DNA of 44,427 nt. Source: Macrostomum lignano. Lineage: Eukaryota. Below, in pieces: positions 1 through 11,944 of this stretch. Where the stretch lies: contig NIVC01000533.1 of NCBI GenBank assembly GCA_002269645.1, forward strand, positions 1-44,427, in the 5' to 3' direction. Position 1 is the stretch's first letter. Each line of letters opens with the position of its first letter. The notes under the pieces are model-generated. The model worked only from the letters and a program-made list of their open reading frames with translations, did no database searches and was not told where the DNA came from. The translations under genes and the position numbers were made by a program.

Positions 1-134
1 CAGACAGACACACAGACAGACAGACACACAGACAGGACAGACAGACAGACAGACAGACAACACAGACAGACAGAACAGAACAGACAGACACAGACAGACA
101 GACACAGACAGACAGGACACACAGACAGACAGAC

Positions 135-169
<35 letters not shown>

Positions 170-406
170 CAGACAGACACAGACAGACAGAGACAGACAG
201 ACAGACAACAGACAGACAGACAGACAGACACACAGACAGACAGACAGACAGACACGACAGACAGACAGACAGACAGACAGACACAGACAGACAGACAGGA
301 CAGACAGACAGACAAGACAGACACACAGACAGACAGACAGACACAGACGACAGACAAGACAACACAGACAGACAGACAAACAGACAGACAACAGACACAG
401 ACAGAC

Positions 407-474
<68 letters not shown>

Positions 475-507
475 CTAAGACAGACACACAGACAGACAGA
501 CAGACAC

Positions 508-538
<31 letters not shown>

Positions 539-559
539 CACAGACAGACAGACAGACAC

Positions 560-644
<85 letters not shown>

Positions 645-661
645 CACAGACAGACAGACAC

Positions 662-692
<31 letters not shown>

Positions 693-767
693 CAGACAGA
701 CACAGACAGATACAGACAGACAGACAGACAGACAGACACACAGACAGACAGACAGGCAGACAGACAC

Positions 768-798
<31 letters not shown>

Positions 799-841
799 GG
801 CAGACAGAAACACAGACAGACAGACAGACACACAGACAGAA
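1..841. repeat. (CAGA)n/(CACAGA) microsatellite, DEPDC5 intron 10
   Basis: Starts about 10 nt after the donor at 850. Bases 1-475 have many irregular indels; 475-841 are clean. Confidence 0.95.
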
Positions 842-850
842 AGTGCTCAC

Positions 851-3800
851 CCAGCAGGGTGCCGGTGGCCACCAGCCAGTGCAGCTCCAGCTGGTAGGCG
901 CAGTTGGCCTCAAAGTTGGCATGGTACTTGGTGAGGCCCCACTCAGCCCGCCGGCTGTCGGTCTGGCTGACGTCCATAATGTTGGTGCGGAAGCTGCCCC
1001 CGGGCGCCACGTACTTGGAGCTGAAGTAGTCATCGTCGCCGGCCTCGCGCATCGGCACCAGCTCGCGCAGGAAGGCGGCCACCGGGTCGGCCAGCTCCTG
1101 CGGATCCGCAGCGTCTCAAGGCCGACCTCGGCCCACTCTAGCTCGAAATCGCGAGTAAACGGGCCGGGTGTGATGAGGCCAGAGCTGGGGTTCGACTGCG
1201 GACCGGGGAGGGGGAAGGAAGCTGCTTAATTACCTTTGGTTGAGTAGTGAGACTTGAGTAGCTGGACTCAAGTAGCCGGACAATATTGAGCAGCGAGACT
1301 TGAGCCGTGGACTTGAGCAATAGGATTTGAGCAGTGGGACTTAAGCAGCAGGACTTTGAGCATCGGAACTTGAACATCGGGACTTGAGCAGCGGGACTTG
1401 AGCAGCGGGACTTGAGCATCGGGACTTGAACACTGGGACTTGAGCATCGGGACTTGAACAACGGACTTGAGCATCGGGACTTGAGCATCGGGACTTGAGC
1501 ATCAGAACTTTGAGCATCGGGACTTGAGCATCAGGACTTTGAGCATCGGGACTTGAACAGCGGGACTTGAGCAGCGGGACTTGAGCATCGGGACTTGAGC
1601 ATCAGGACTTGAGCACCGGGACTTGAGCATCAGGACTTTGAGCATCGGGACTTAAGCAGCAGGACTTTGAGCATCGGAACTTGAACATCGGGACTTGAGC
1701 AGCGGGACTTGAGCAGCGGGACTTGAGCATCGGGACTTGAACACCGGGACTTGAGCATCGGGACTTGAACACCGGGACTTGAGCATCGGGACTTGAGCAT
1801 CGGGACTTGAGCATCAGGACTTGAGCACCGGGACTTGAGCATCAGGACTTTGAGCATCGGGACTTGAGCATCAGGACTTTGAGCATCGGGACTTGAACAG
1901 CGGGACTTGAGCAGCGGGACTTGAGCAGCGGGACTTGAGCATCGGGACTTGAGCAGCGGGACTTGAGCAGCGGGACTTGAGCATCGGGACTTGAGCATCG
2001 GGACTCGAGCATCGGACTTGAGCAGCGGGACTTGAGCATCGGGACTTGAGCATCGGGACTTGAGCAGCGGGACTTGAGCATCGGGACTAAACTGGAAAGC
2101 ATTCTCAGCTCACCACAAGCTTCGGATCCATGGAGTACAGATAAAAGCCATAGACAAACTGCTGCGGCTGCGTCTTGGCCGAGGCGTGCACAACCAGGCC
2201 CTCCTTGACCATGGTGGCCATGAAGAAGCAGGCGCTCTCGTGGCTGCTGACGTTCTCCACCCTGTCCATCACCCAGGCGACGGCCTCGGCCGACACGAAC
2301 GTGTAGCTGGGAAACCCGTGCGTAGGCAGGAAGTTCAGCCCCGTGCCGGGCTCCTGCATCGCTCGGGCGGCTTCAATAAATCGAGTAGAGCCGTGCAGTC
2401 GGCGACTTGCGGCCACCGAGGACGAGATGCTGGAATCGTCGCCCAGCTGCTGCTGCTGCTGCTGCAACGGTGTGGGCGTCAGGTGGCCTGAAGGGGGATT
2501 GGGAAGAGTCATTAGGTAGGGCAGTTGGAATTGGTCACTGAATTGGTCACTGAAATTACAGCTAAATTGGTCACTGAAATTACAGCTAAATTTTTCAGTG
2601 AAATGGCCAATGGAGACTAACCAGATCGAATTGTCCCAACCCCGACGCCGACTGAGACGGTGTCGGCGCGCTGTCGCATATCGGCAAGTTCGGCGGCAGC
2701 CTGCGGCGGCATCAGGTTGGCCCGGGTGACCTTTCTAGCAGTCAGATTTGGCCGGCGCAAGCGATTAAACAGTTCCGCGTATCTGGCAAAGTTCTCGTGC
2801 AACTTTTTCAATTCTTCGAAGCCTTTCTGTTCGTAGATGTCCGTGCGAGGCAGGGACTGGCCGGCGGAGTCGGCCAGCTGTTCAATGATTCGCTTCGTGG
2901 CCGGGTTGTTGTACGGCAGTAGCACGTAGCGGCATCGCCAGGGCTTCAATAACGGGTCCAACTCTTGGATAGAGGCTGTCTGCAATTTGGCGAAGCAAAG
3001 AGCGAGTGTACAATGGGGTGGTGGTGCTGGGGCAGAGAGGGAGCGAGTGGACATTGGGGATTGGGGTGGTGGTGCTGGGGTAGAGAGGGAGCGAGTGTAC
3101 ATTTGGGGTGGTGGTGCTGGGGTAGAGAGGGAGCGAGTGTACATTGGGGAGGGTGGTGCTGGGGCAGAGAAGGAGCGAGTGTACATTTGAATAGTGGCGC
3201 TGGGGCAGAGAGGGAGAGAGTGTACATTGGGATGTTTGTGTTGGGGCAGAGAGGGAGCGAGTGTACATTGGGATGTTTGTGTTGGGGCAGAGAGGGAGCG
3301 AGTGTACATTGGGGATTGGGGTGGTGGTGCAGGGTTAGAAAGGCAGGAGTGTACATTGGGGTGGGTACACTTACACTACACTTGTAGCCATAGTTGCCGT
3401 GACCCCGCTCCAGTATGTGATAGTCCAAATGATTCCATTTGTAATTCTCAATCCGTTCCAGAGTGAAATGGCATTCAGCCCGGTAGAACTCCAGCGAGTC
3501 CGGCACCTGCAGCCGGTACAGGTGACGATAGCGGATGTCCCGTTCGGTGAATTTGGACTTTAGCGTGTGCACGAATATGGTGTGCTGACTGGCACTGGTT
3601 CGCTCCAGCCGGATTCGATGGAAAATTCTTCCAATGCTCAGCCGGTGCTCTGGGTAGTCCGGCTTCTGTAGCAGATTCTTCAGGTGGGCCCGGCCTGCCG
3701 CGCTGCTGGCAGCGGTGGCGGCGGAGGTCACGGCGAAGCGGTGGGGCTGGCCGGAGCCGCTGGCGGTACAGTTAGGGAGGAGCGAACCCGGGACGAAGCC

Positions 3801-6800
3801 GGCGGTGGGAGCACCAGCTGGAAGCCCTGACCAAGGCGCTGCATCAGTAGCTCTTCGAATGCCTACGGTTGAAGATGATTTTTAATTGAATGTCGTTTCG
3901 ATACATATCGGCCAGATACTAAAAGGGGATTAACTTGTTTTTTTCGATACATATCGGCTAAATACTAAAAAAGAATAACTTTTTTATCGATACACATCGG
4001 CCAGATACTAAAAGAGGATTAACTTGTTATTTCGATACATATCGGCTAAATACTAAAAGGGAATTAACTTTTTTCGATACATATCGGCTAAATACTAAAA
4101 GGGAATAATCTAGTCATTTTTCTAGTCACATATCGGCCAGATACTGAAGGGGAATTAACTTATTATTTCGATACATATCGGCTAGACACTAAACAGAAAT
4201 AAGCCTTTTTTCGATACATATCGGTCAAGCAAAAAAGCTTTACTACCTTCTCGGCGGAGAGCGGCTGCCGCATATAGTATCTCTCCCGCTCCGTGGCCCG
4301 ATCGTAGCTCTCCCTGTATTCGTCAATGGTCACGGTCAGGTCCAGCTGATAGGTGGTGGTGCTGAATGGTGACGAATCCGCGCCTGGATCAGCCGACACG
4401 GCTGCCGGCTGTTGCGACTCTTTCGGAAAGAATTCCGTAGTTAAAGGAAGACAGAGCGGCATCATGAGGGTCTTCCAGTCCATGCCAATCGGTCGCAGGA
4501 AGCTTTCAACGCCGCCATCGTCATCGGCTGTGGGCTCGGAGATGTCGGTGCCGCTGGTGATGCTAGGCGAGTCTAGCTGCTGCTGCTGTTGAAGGTCGTG
4601 CAGCGGCAGACTGGACGGCACCTGCTGCTGATCGGAAATCGACAGTTTGGAAGCTTCGCCATCGCCGAAGTGCTCCAATTCATCGTCTCTGTGGTTGCCG
4701 TTGGCGTCATCGTCGTGAGCTCGAGAGGATGGCGAACTGCGGCCGCTGGCTCTGAGGTGTGATAATATGCAACTATGGTTAACAACTTCATTTGTAGGAG
4801 TGAGAATCAACTGAGAAATTGATTCTCCCTACATGTAGAAGAATCCAACAGGGAAATCTCCATAGGAGAATCCAACAGGGGAATCCCCATAAGAGAGTCT
4901 ACCATGGGAATCCCCCAAGAGAATCCAACAGAGGAACCCCCTTAAGGAGAATCAAATAGGGAAGTCCCTCAAGAGAATCCAACATGGGAACCTCCAAAGA
5001 GAATCCAACATGTGGATCCCCTCAAGAGAATCCAACATGTGGATCCCCTCAAGAGAATCCAACAGGGGAATCCCCTCAAGAGAATCCAACATGGGGAATC
5101 TGCTTAAAAGAATCCAACAGGGGAATCCCTTGAAAAAGGACCACATATAGCTGCGGCAGAACGGCATGGCAACCCTAGACAGTGAATCTGCAAACCTGGA
5201 AGGCGTGGACATAGCGGTAGTCAGCTGACTGGGAGACACGGCTGGACTCGATGGCGCCGACTCTTCGACGAGCTGGAAGGACACGTGCAGCTGCTGCTGC
5301 TGCTGCGCAGTGACAATGTCGCCGCCGCCACTGTTCTGCCGCGACAGCGCCGATGGGGGCGCCGATACTGAGGACGGCGAGGAAGACAATTGCGCGAACG
5401 ACTGCAGCGGCGTCGGCGGCGGGGCTGGCGGCGGCAACTGCTGCGGCGGCACCTGCTGCTGGACAGCAACCAGGTTACCGGGAGCGGCTAGATCTGGTCG
5501 CTTTCCCTGTTTTGAAAGAAGAAGCTGCTTCTGCTGCTGTTGTTGTTGCTGCTGTTGATGTTGCTGCCGCTGATGCCGCCGTTGCTGCAGAACCCGATGC
5601 TGCTGTTGGCCGCGGTGCTGAGACCGCGGCGAAGAAGCGCCGGAGCCGGCAGCAGTGACGCCGGTCGGCGGAGGCTCCGGGAAGGCGTGCATCCAACGGC
5701 GCCGATTGGCCGTCACCCGCTGCTGCTGGTTGTTCAAGCGGCTGGCAGCGAACGGGTTCACCAGGGCTTTGCGGGCACAAAGCTGCGACTGGTGAGGTGG
5801 TGCACCGGAACCTCCTGCGGCGGCGAGTGAGGAGCAATGACAATTGGTGACATACAATGCCAGCGTGACCCAAATCACAGCTACCTACTGACAAACACAA
5901 GGTACCCCAATACCCACAGACAAGGTGTAATGGTTTTATTCCTTGCCTTATTGGCAGTCATTGAACTGGTATCGTATTGACAAATATTTTGCTGAATAAT
6001 TGTAATGTACGTTCGCTCTCTCTATGTACATCGTTGACTCGCATAAATATAGCCATCACTGCCGCACGGGGCCTTCGTTGATATTTACACTGCCAAATAC
6101 TGCGCGCTACAAAGGTACCCCAATACCCACAGACAAGGTACCCCAATACCCACTGACAAGGTACCCCAATACCCACTGACAAGGTACCCCAATACCCACT
6201 GACAAGGTATCCCTAATACCCACTTACAAGGTACCCCAATACCTGCTGGCAACGTACCCTAAGCACCTGCTGACAAATCACCCACCCACCTGTGAGCCGA
6301 CTTTTAGCCGCGCCGGCTGTCCCCGCGGGCCGTCCGCTCCAACACCGACGCCAACAGTGCCGGTCCCAAAGTCGGCGTCCTCGCAGGAGCCGCTGGCGGC
6401 CGCGGCAGCCGATGTGGCGGATAGCGAGTCGTCAGAATTCGACAGCCGCATGCTGGACAGTCGGGCAGACCGACGCTTCTGCTGATACGGAATGACGACG
6501 CCGGCATCTTCGACAGCGGCGTCGGCACCAGTCAGCTTGCCGCGAAAGGAGATGCCGCGAGACCTAGGCGGCTGCGAGGCTGGAGGTTGATGCGACAGCA
6601 GCTGGGACTGAGGCGGCGAGGCGGCAATGCTGCTGCCAGACGGAATTGTTGGCTGGTTCGGGTGATGGCTGATGGCCCGTTGGAAACTCACTTTACCTTG
6701 GCGCTCGGTGCCCCAGGGCGTAGGGCGGGACTTGCCAAAGCTGAATATCGCCTCGTCGTAGGCGTCCAAATCGAATGCGAGACGATTGCGCGAAGGCGCC

Positions 6801-9507
6801 AGCTTGTACTCCGGGTAGCCTGAGTGCCGGTGTTCGGTAGGAAAGCTGCGCATCGCTGGCATCGCACTTCCTAACCAGCTGCTCGAATTGGCTAGTCTAA
6901 TTACAACTCTAATCTCCTCTCATTGGTCAGCTTAGAGCCCACAAACCTTCATTGTCCTTCCTCTCATTGGCCAGCCCGCACACTGCTTCTCTCATTGGCC
7001 AGCCCACACACTCCTTCTCTTATTGGCCAGCCCACACACTTCTCTCATTGGCCAGCCCACCCACTTCTCTCATTGGCCAGCCCACACACTTCTCATTGGC
7101 CAGCCCACACACTCATCCTCTCATTGGCCAGCCCACACACTCCTTCTCTCATTGGCCAGCCCGCACTTACCGTCCCCGTCAGTCGGGCCCTCCCCATCGG
7201 CGTATCTAATTTGAATTCTCGGCACAAAGCCGCACGAGTGCAGAGCCAGCATTTCGCTAGGCGACCGATAGAAATGATGATTAATCCAATGCGGTATGTT
7301 GTAGGTGTCGCCCAGATCAACGTCGCTGTGAGACTTGCGTATGAATCTCAGCAGAGGCACAGCGTGCAGCGGCTGCTCTCCCAAACAGATTAGATCAATA
7401 CTGACTCCCAGATCCAGAATCCTCTGCTTAGTCAGATTCATCAATTCTCTATCAACTTCGAATATTCCCTGACCGGGCGTTATTACAAAACAGTTCTTCC
7501 CGGTTCGATCGAAATTCCTATCAATATAGTACTTCTGGTAGTGATTCAAGGTCATGTTCAGAGTCTCCAAGAAGCTGCCACGAGATGCCGGCATCAGGGT
7601 AGCCGGCGGCGGCGATACCTTCTGAGTTAATTTGTCAGCATAGAAATTTTTAACCGAATTTCCGTACTCTTTAAATATGCTTTTCAATTCGGTCAGCACA
7701 GAGGCCCATTCGTCAGTCATGTAGCGCTCGTTTTGAACTACAACTCTGTAGAAATCTTCGTATAGTAAAGTGCCGCCATTGAACTGGGCCTTCTGCACTG
7801 TGCCACTGCTGCGCATGGTCTCGGGTAGCGAGTTGAAGCCACCGGCGGCGTGGTACTGCACCCGGCTGAATAGTACAATTGTCACGTCGTGACAGCACGC
7901 CTGCGGCAGGAATTTTACACGGAATTCTATTTCGACATGAAAATAAATAGAATTAAAGATAAGCGGCATTTTATCACACAGATCATAGGGAACCGGCAGT
8001 CCATCACACAGGTCATAGGGAACCGGCAGTCCATCACACAGGTCATAGGGAACCGGCAGTCCATCACACAGATCATAGGGAACCGGCAGTCCATCACACA
8101 GGTCATAGGGAACCGGCAGTCCATCACACAGATCATAGGGAACCGGCAGTCCATCACACAGGTCATAGGGAACCGGCAGTCCATCACACAGGTCATAGGG
8201 AACCGGCAGTCCATCACACAGGTCATAGGGAACCGGCAGTCCATCACACAGATCATAGGGAACCGGCAGTCCATCACACAGACCTCAGTACACTTACAAA
8301 CAAAGACCTTCAGACCAACAGTGCGTCCTCACCTGCTTGCCCCAGCGCGAGAACAGCTCGGGCAGGAAGCCGGAAACGCACTTTTCAAAGTACAGATCGC
8401 CAAATGGATCAAATTGCCACATCTCTTCAGACATCTGTATGAAGATGTGCACAACTGAGCTAGTTGATCTGTACACAAATCTGGTGTGCTGGCCAACGAA
8501 GCCGCAGGATGTCCCAGTGCCATTGCGCCACATCAGGCCCACGGTACCCGCGGGCTGCCCAAGAATTCCAGCTTTTTGCCTTCGTACAGGGCACACTGCC
8601 GCTGCGACTCGGCGAACTGGTAGAAATCACCGCGGCCAAGGTAGACATCTTTGATTATTATTTCCACTAGGTCTACGGTCACGCATTCCTGCGACACCTG
8701 CCGAACTTGCACTTCCTGGGAAGGAAGGTTGGATAATTATGAGAACAGCCCCCAGATACCAGACAGAACAGCCCCCCCCTTCCAGATACCAGACAGAACA
8801 GCCCCCCCCCTTCCAGATACCAGACAGAACAGCCCCCCCCCCTCCCAGATACCAGACAGAACAGCCCCCCCCCCAGATACCAGACAGAACAGCCCCCCCC
8901 TCCCAGATACCAGACAGAACAGCCCCCCCCCAGATACCAGACAGAACAGCCCCCCCTCCCAGATACCAGACAGAACAGCCCCCCCCCTCCCAGATACCAG
9001 ACAGAACAGCCCCCCCCTCCCAGACAGAACAGCCCTCCCTCCCAGATACCAGACAGAACAGCCCCCTCCCAGATACCAGACAGAACAGCCCCCCCCCCCA
9101 GATATCAGACAGAACAGCCCCCCCCCTCCCAGATACCAGACAGAACAGCCCCCCCCCAGATACCAGACAGAACAGCCCCCCCCCAGATACCAGACAGAAC
9201 AGCCCCCCCCCCCAGATACCAGACAGAACAGCCCCCCCTCCCAGATACCAGACAGAACAGCCATCGAACCTGGAACTTCTTGAGGCCAAAATTCGAAGCT
9301 AGCGCAGTATCCAAGCTGATGGAGTCCTTCTGGGCAAAGTCGTCTTTCAGACACCGAATCTGCACCAGAAAGGCGGCCTTCTGCCCGCCAGTTGGTGGAA
9401 TAATTTCTAACAAGCCGCCGGAACGCAGTTCCGGGAACTCTCGCGGATTAACCAGCACTTCATCGTCTATTGAAGACGATTGTTGTTGTTGCTGCTGCTG
9501 CTGTTGT

Positions 9508-9543
<36 letters not shown>

Positions 9544-9668
9544 GGTTCCGTACGCTTATGAAGCAGAACTTTTAATGTGCGAGCAGCTGAATTGACTATT
9601 TGCTGATGTTGATGTTGCTGATGATGATACAGCGGCTGCTGACGAACTCGATTCAAGTTTGATGTCAT
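851..9668 (-). CDS. DEPDC5: GATOR1 subunit DEPDC5/Iml1; multi-exon, 3' end continues beyond window start; three apparent 1-nt deletions
   Basis: Inferred exons (minus strand): 9668-9270, 8715-8333, 7900-7171, 6891-6286, 5814-5196, 4751-4247, 3862-3375, 2979-2622, 2487-2114, 1195-851. All junctions are GT-AG and phases agree once 1 nt is restored in exons 2, 7 and 10. The exon 4/5 junction is ambiguous (alternative 6290/5788). Recognised motifs: [13 protein letters not shown]-type [122 protein letters not shown] domain ([10 protein letters not shown]), LELHWLVAT. Confidence 0.95.
1245..2088. repeat. Minisatellite, ~14-nt unit CGGGACTTGAGCA(G/T), DEPDC5 intron 9
   Basis: About 58 tandem copies with variants. 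Confidence 0.95.
3001..3365. repeat. Minisatellite, ~39-48-nt unit GGGGTGGTGGTGCTGGGGYAGAGAGGGAGCGAGTGTACATT, DEPDC5 intron 7
   Basis: About 8 copies filling nearly the whole intron. Confidence 0.9.
3893..4226. repeat. Minisatellite, ~40-50-nt AT-rich unit with core TTCGATACATATCGGCYAAATACTAAAA, DEPDC5 intron 6
   Basis: About 7 degenerate copies. Confidence 0.9.
4838..5130. repeat. Degenerate ~30-nt minisatellite AAGAGAATCCAACA..GGAATCCCCTC, DEPDC5 intron 5
   Basis: About 10 degenerate copies. Confidence 0.85.
5889..6275. repeat. 23-nt minisatellite TGACAAGGTACCCCAATACCCAC, interrupted by solo LTR, DEPDC5 intron 4
   Basis: Copies lie on both sides of 5926-6111. Confidence 0.9.
5926..6111 (-). 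mobile_element. Solo LTR, 186 bp, 4-bp TSD (Gypsy-like)
   Basis: TGTA...TACA termini flanked by AAGG at 5922-5925 and 6112-6115. Removing the insert plus one AAGG restores the host repeat unit gacaaggtacccc. The minus strand has a TATA-like TATATTTAT and an AATAAA near its 3' end. Confidence 0.75.
6920..7163. repeat. ~24-29-nt minisatellite CTCTCATTGGCCAGCCCACACACT, DEPDC5 intron 3
   Basis: About 8 copies starting 7 nt after the donor. Confidence 0.9.
7974..8282. repeat. 30-nt minisatellite GRTCATAGGGAACCGGCAGTCCATCACACA, DEPDC5 intron 2
   Basis: 10 near-identical copies. Confidence 0.95.
8744..9262. repeat. ~27-31-nt minisatellite CCAGATACCAGACAGAACAG(C)n, DEPDC5 intron 1
   Basis: About 17 copies with variable C-run. 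Confidence 0.95.
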
Positions 9669-9774
9669 TTTTATGGCTATTCAAATAAACATTAAATCGC
9701 AGTTTTGAACGATCAAAAACTTGTGAAGCTGAAAATTTTTTATTGACAATTTTGTCCTTCGTTTCTAGGAATAA

Positions 9775-10385
9775 TCAGGGGTCTCGGTCACGAGTAATCT
9801 GGGGTCTGGGTCACGAGTGATCAGGAGTCTGGGTCACGAGTGATCAGGAGTCTGGGTCACGAGTGATCAGGAGTCTGGGTCACGAGTGATCAGGAGTCTG
9901 GGTCACGAGTGATCAGGAGTCTGGGTCACGAGTGATCAGGAGTCTGGGTCACGAGTGATCAGAAATCTGGGTCACGAGTGATCAGGAGTCTGGGTCACGA
10001 GTGATCAGGAGTCTGGGTCACGAGTGATCAGGAGTCTAGGTCACGAGTGATCAGGAGTCTGGGTCACGAGTGATCAAGAGTCTGGGTCACGAGTGATCAG
10101 GGGTCTGGGTCACAAGTGATCAGGAGTCTGGGTCACGAGTGATCAGGAGTCTAGGTCACGAGTGATCAGGGGTCTGGGTCACAAGTGATCAGGAGTCTGG
10201 GTCACGAGTGATCAGGGGTCTGGGTCACGAGTGATCAGGGGTCTGGGTCACAAGTGATCAGGAGTCTGGGTCACGAGTGATCAGGGGTCTGGGTCACGAG
10301 TGATCAGGAGTCTGGGTCACGAGTGATCAGGAGTCTAGGTCACGAGTGATCAGGGGTCTCGGTCACGAGTGATCAGAGGTCTGGT
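9775..10385. repeat. 23-nt minisatellite GGGTCACGAGTGATCAGGAGTCT upstream of the DEPDC5 ATG
   Basis: About 26 copies. Confidence 0.95.
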
Positions 10386-10661
10386 TCAAAGGGTCAGGGC
10401 TATCCAGGAGTAGATATAATTAGTTGAATATTTCAAATGAAAAAAATCGAAATCAATTTAATATTTCTGTTATCAAATGCAAAAAATGCCGTCTCATAGC
10501 GTTTAGCTTTGAATATCAGCGTGTATATTTCAACATGATTATGATCAGTTTTGCATTTGCATACGTGCAATATATACACACACACTAATTCTCATTGACA
10601 GTACAAACCGTAAGCATAAAGTTTGATGGGAGATACAGCATAAAATATATCCCTTGAAGAA

Positions 10662-11060
10662 TCAGGGATGGGGTAGCAGCCAGATGGAGGATCAGGGATA
10701 GGGTAGCAGCCAGATGGAGGATCAGGGATGGGGTAGCAGCCAGATGGAGGATCAGGGATGGGGTAGCAGCCAGATGGAGGATCAGGGATAGGGTAGCAGC
10801 CAGATGGAGGATCAGGGATGGGGTAGCGGCCAGATGGAGGATCAGGGATAGGGTAGCAGCCAGATGGAGGATCAGGGATGGGGTAGCGGCCAGATGGAGG
10901 ATCAGGGATAGGGTAGCGGCCAGATGGAGGATCAGGGATAGGGTAGCAGCTAGATGGAGGATCAGGGATAGGGTAGCGGCCAGATGGAGGATCAGGGATA
11001 GGGTAGCGGCCAGATGGAGGATCAGGGATAGGGTAGCGGCCAGATGGAGGATGGGGTGGG
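10662..11060. repeat. 30-nt minisatellite GGGTAGCRGCCAGATGGAGGATCAGGGATR, just 3' of the 11088 stop codon
   Basis: About 13 copies. Confidence 0.95.
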
Positions 11061-11087
11061 GTAACCACCAATCCCCTGAAGCAAGGC

Positions 11088-11690
11088 TCATCCCTTTAGC
11101 CCAGATTTGGGCCCTCCCGACGCCCCAGTCAACTTTTTCGCGGAGGCGGCCCGCTTGGCGGCGCGCGCCACATCGGCCTTGATGAAGTCCCGATCCTGAC
11201 GCCAGGCGTCCAGAAACTCGCCGTCATCGTCCAGCTTGGGCCGGGCGGCGAAGAAGTCCAGGCCGAGCTGCACCCCGGCACGCAGAGGATGGAACTCGGC
11301 ATTGGAGGCTGCCGGAGGTCGCTGCAGCTGACGCTGCCGACCGGTCGCCGCCGCTGTCCCGTCGTCGTCCTCCTCCTCTCCAAGCCGACCGCCAGTTTGG
11401 GGAAATTCAACATCGGCAGATTCAACAATTTCGGCGTCCAAATCCAGATCGTCCTCGCCGAAGTCAAAGGCGAATGCGAACTTGGACCCGCCAGGTTCGT
11501 CGGGCCTGTTGATATCCAAGCCGGTTACTAGACCGTTGCTATGGACGCCAGACCCGTTGCTAGGGTTGTTGTTATTGCTGCTCTCACTACTATGCTTTTT
11601 GCTGTTAATTCGGCGCCGTTTTCGGCTGACATCATCAGCATCTGCCGCAGGCGCAGACGGCAGCTTGGACTTGTCTGTGGTGGCAGGCAT
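11088..11690 (-). CDS. 200-aa protein resembling the C-terminal region of nucleolar protein 8 (NOL8); single exon or last exon
   Basis: GC-rich non-repetitive ORF with basic cluster RKRRRINSKK. Motif order EPGGSKFAFAFDFGEDD, RLGEEEDDD, LGLDFF, AWRQDRDFIKADVARAAKRA recalls the NOL8 C-terminus (similarity from memory, not searched). Possible splice acceptor ccacag| at 11675. Confidence 0.65.
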   Translation of the reverse strand: MPATTDKSKLPSAPAADADDVSRKRRRINSKKHSSESSNNNNPSNGSGVHSNGLVTGLDINRPDEPGGSKFAFAFDFGEDDLDLDAEIVESADVEFPQTGGRLGEEEDDDGTAAATGRQRQLQRPPAASNAEFHPLRAGVQLGLDFFAARPKLDDDGEFLDAWRQDRDFIKADVARAAKRAASAKKLTGASGGPKSGLKG

Positions 11691-11944
11691 GAATCCATTG
11701 AGTCACAAAATTTCTCATTAATAATTGTTTTATTAAAGTATTAAAGTAAATTAAAGTACACAGAACTACTATTCTATACAATATTATTACTAGTGTTCCA
11801 ATGTAGCTACGGCTAGATGGGCTACGGCTACAGGATCTTACAGCAAATATGGTAAAAATAGGTAGGTGTCTACGGCAACACTACAGATACGCCTATGGTA
11901 GATAGCTGCTCTTACAACTACGACTACGGAAATATGGTAGTTGT

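Noticed and set aside
1090-1125. A 29-nt micro-intron (GTCGGC...CCGCAG) as an alternative to the DEPDC5 exon 10 frameshift
   Set aside because: It would delete the conserved WAEV-like residue, is very short, and has a weak donor. A single missing G explains the shift more simply.
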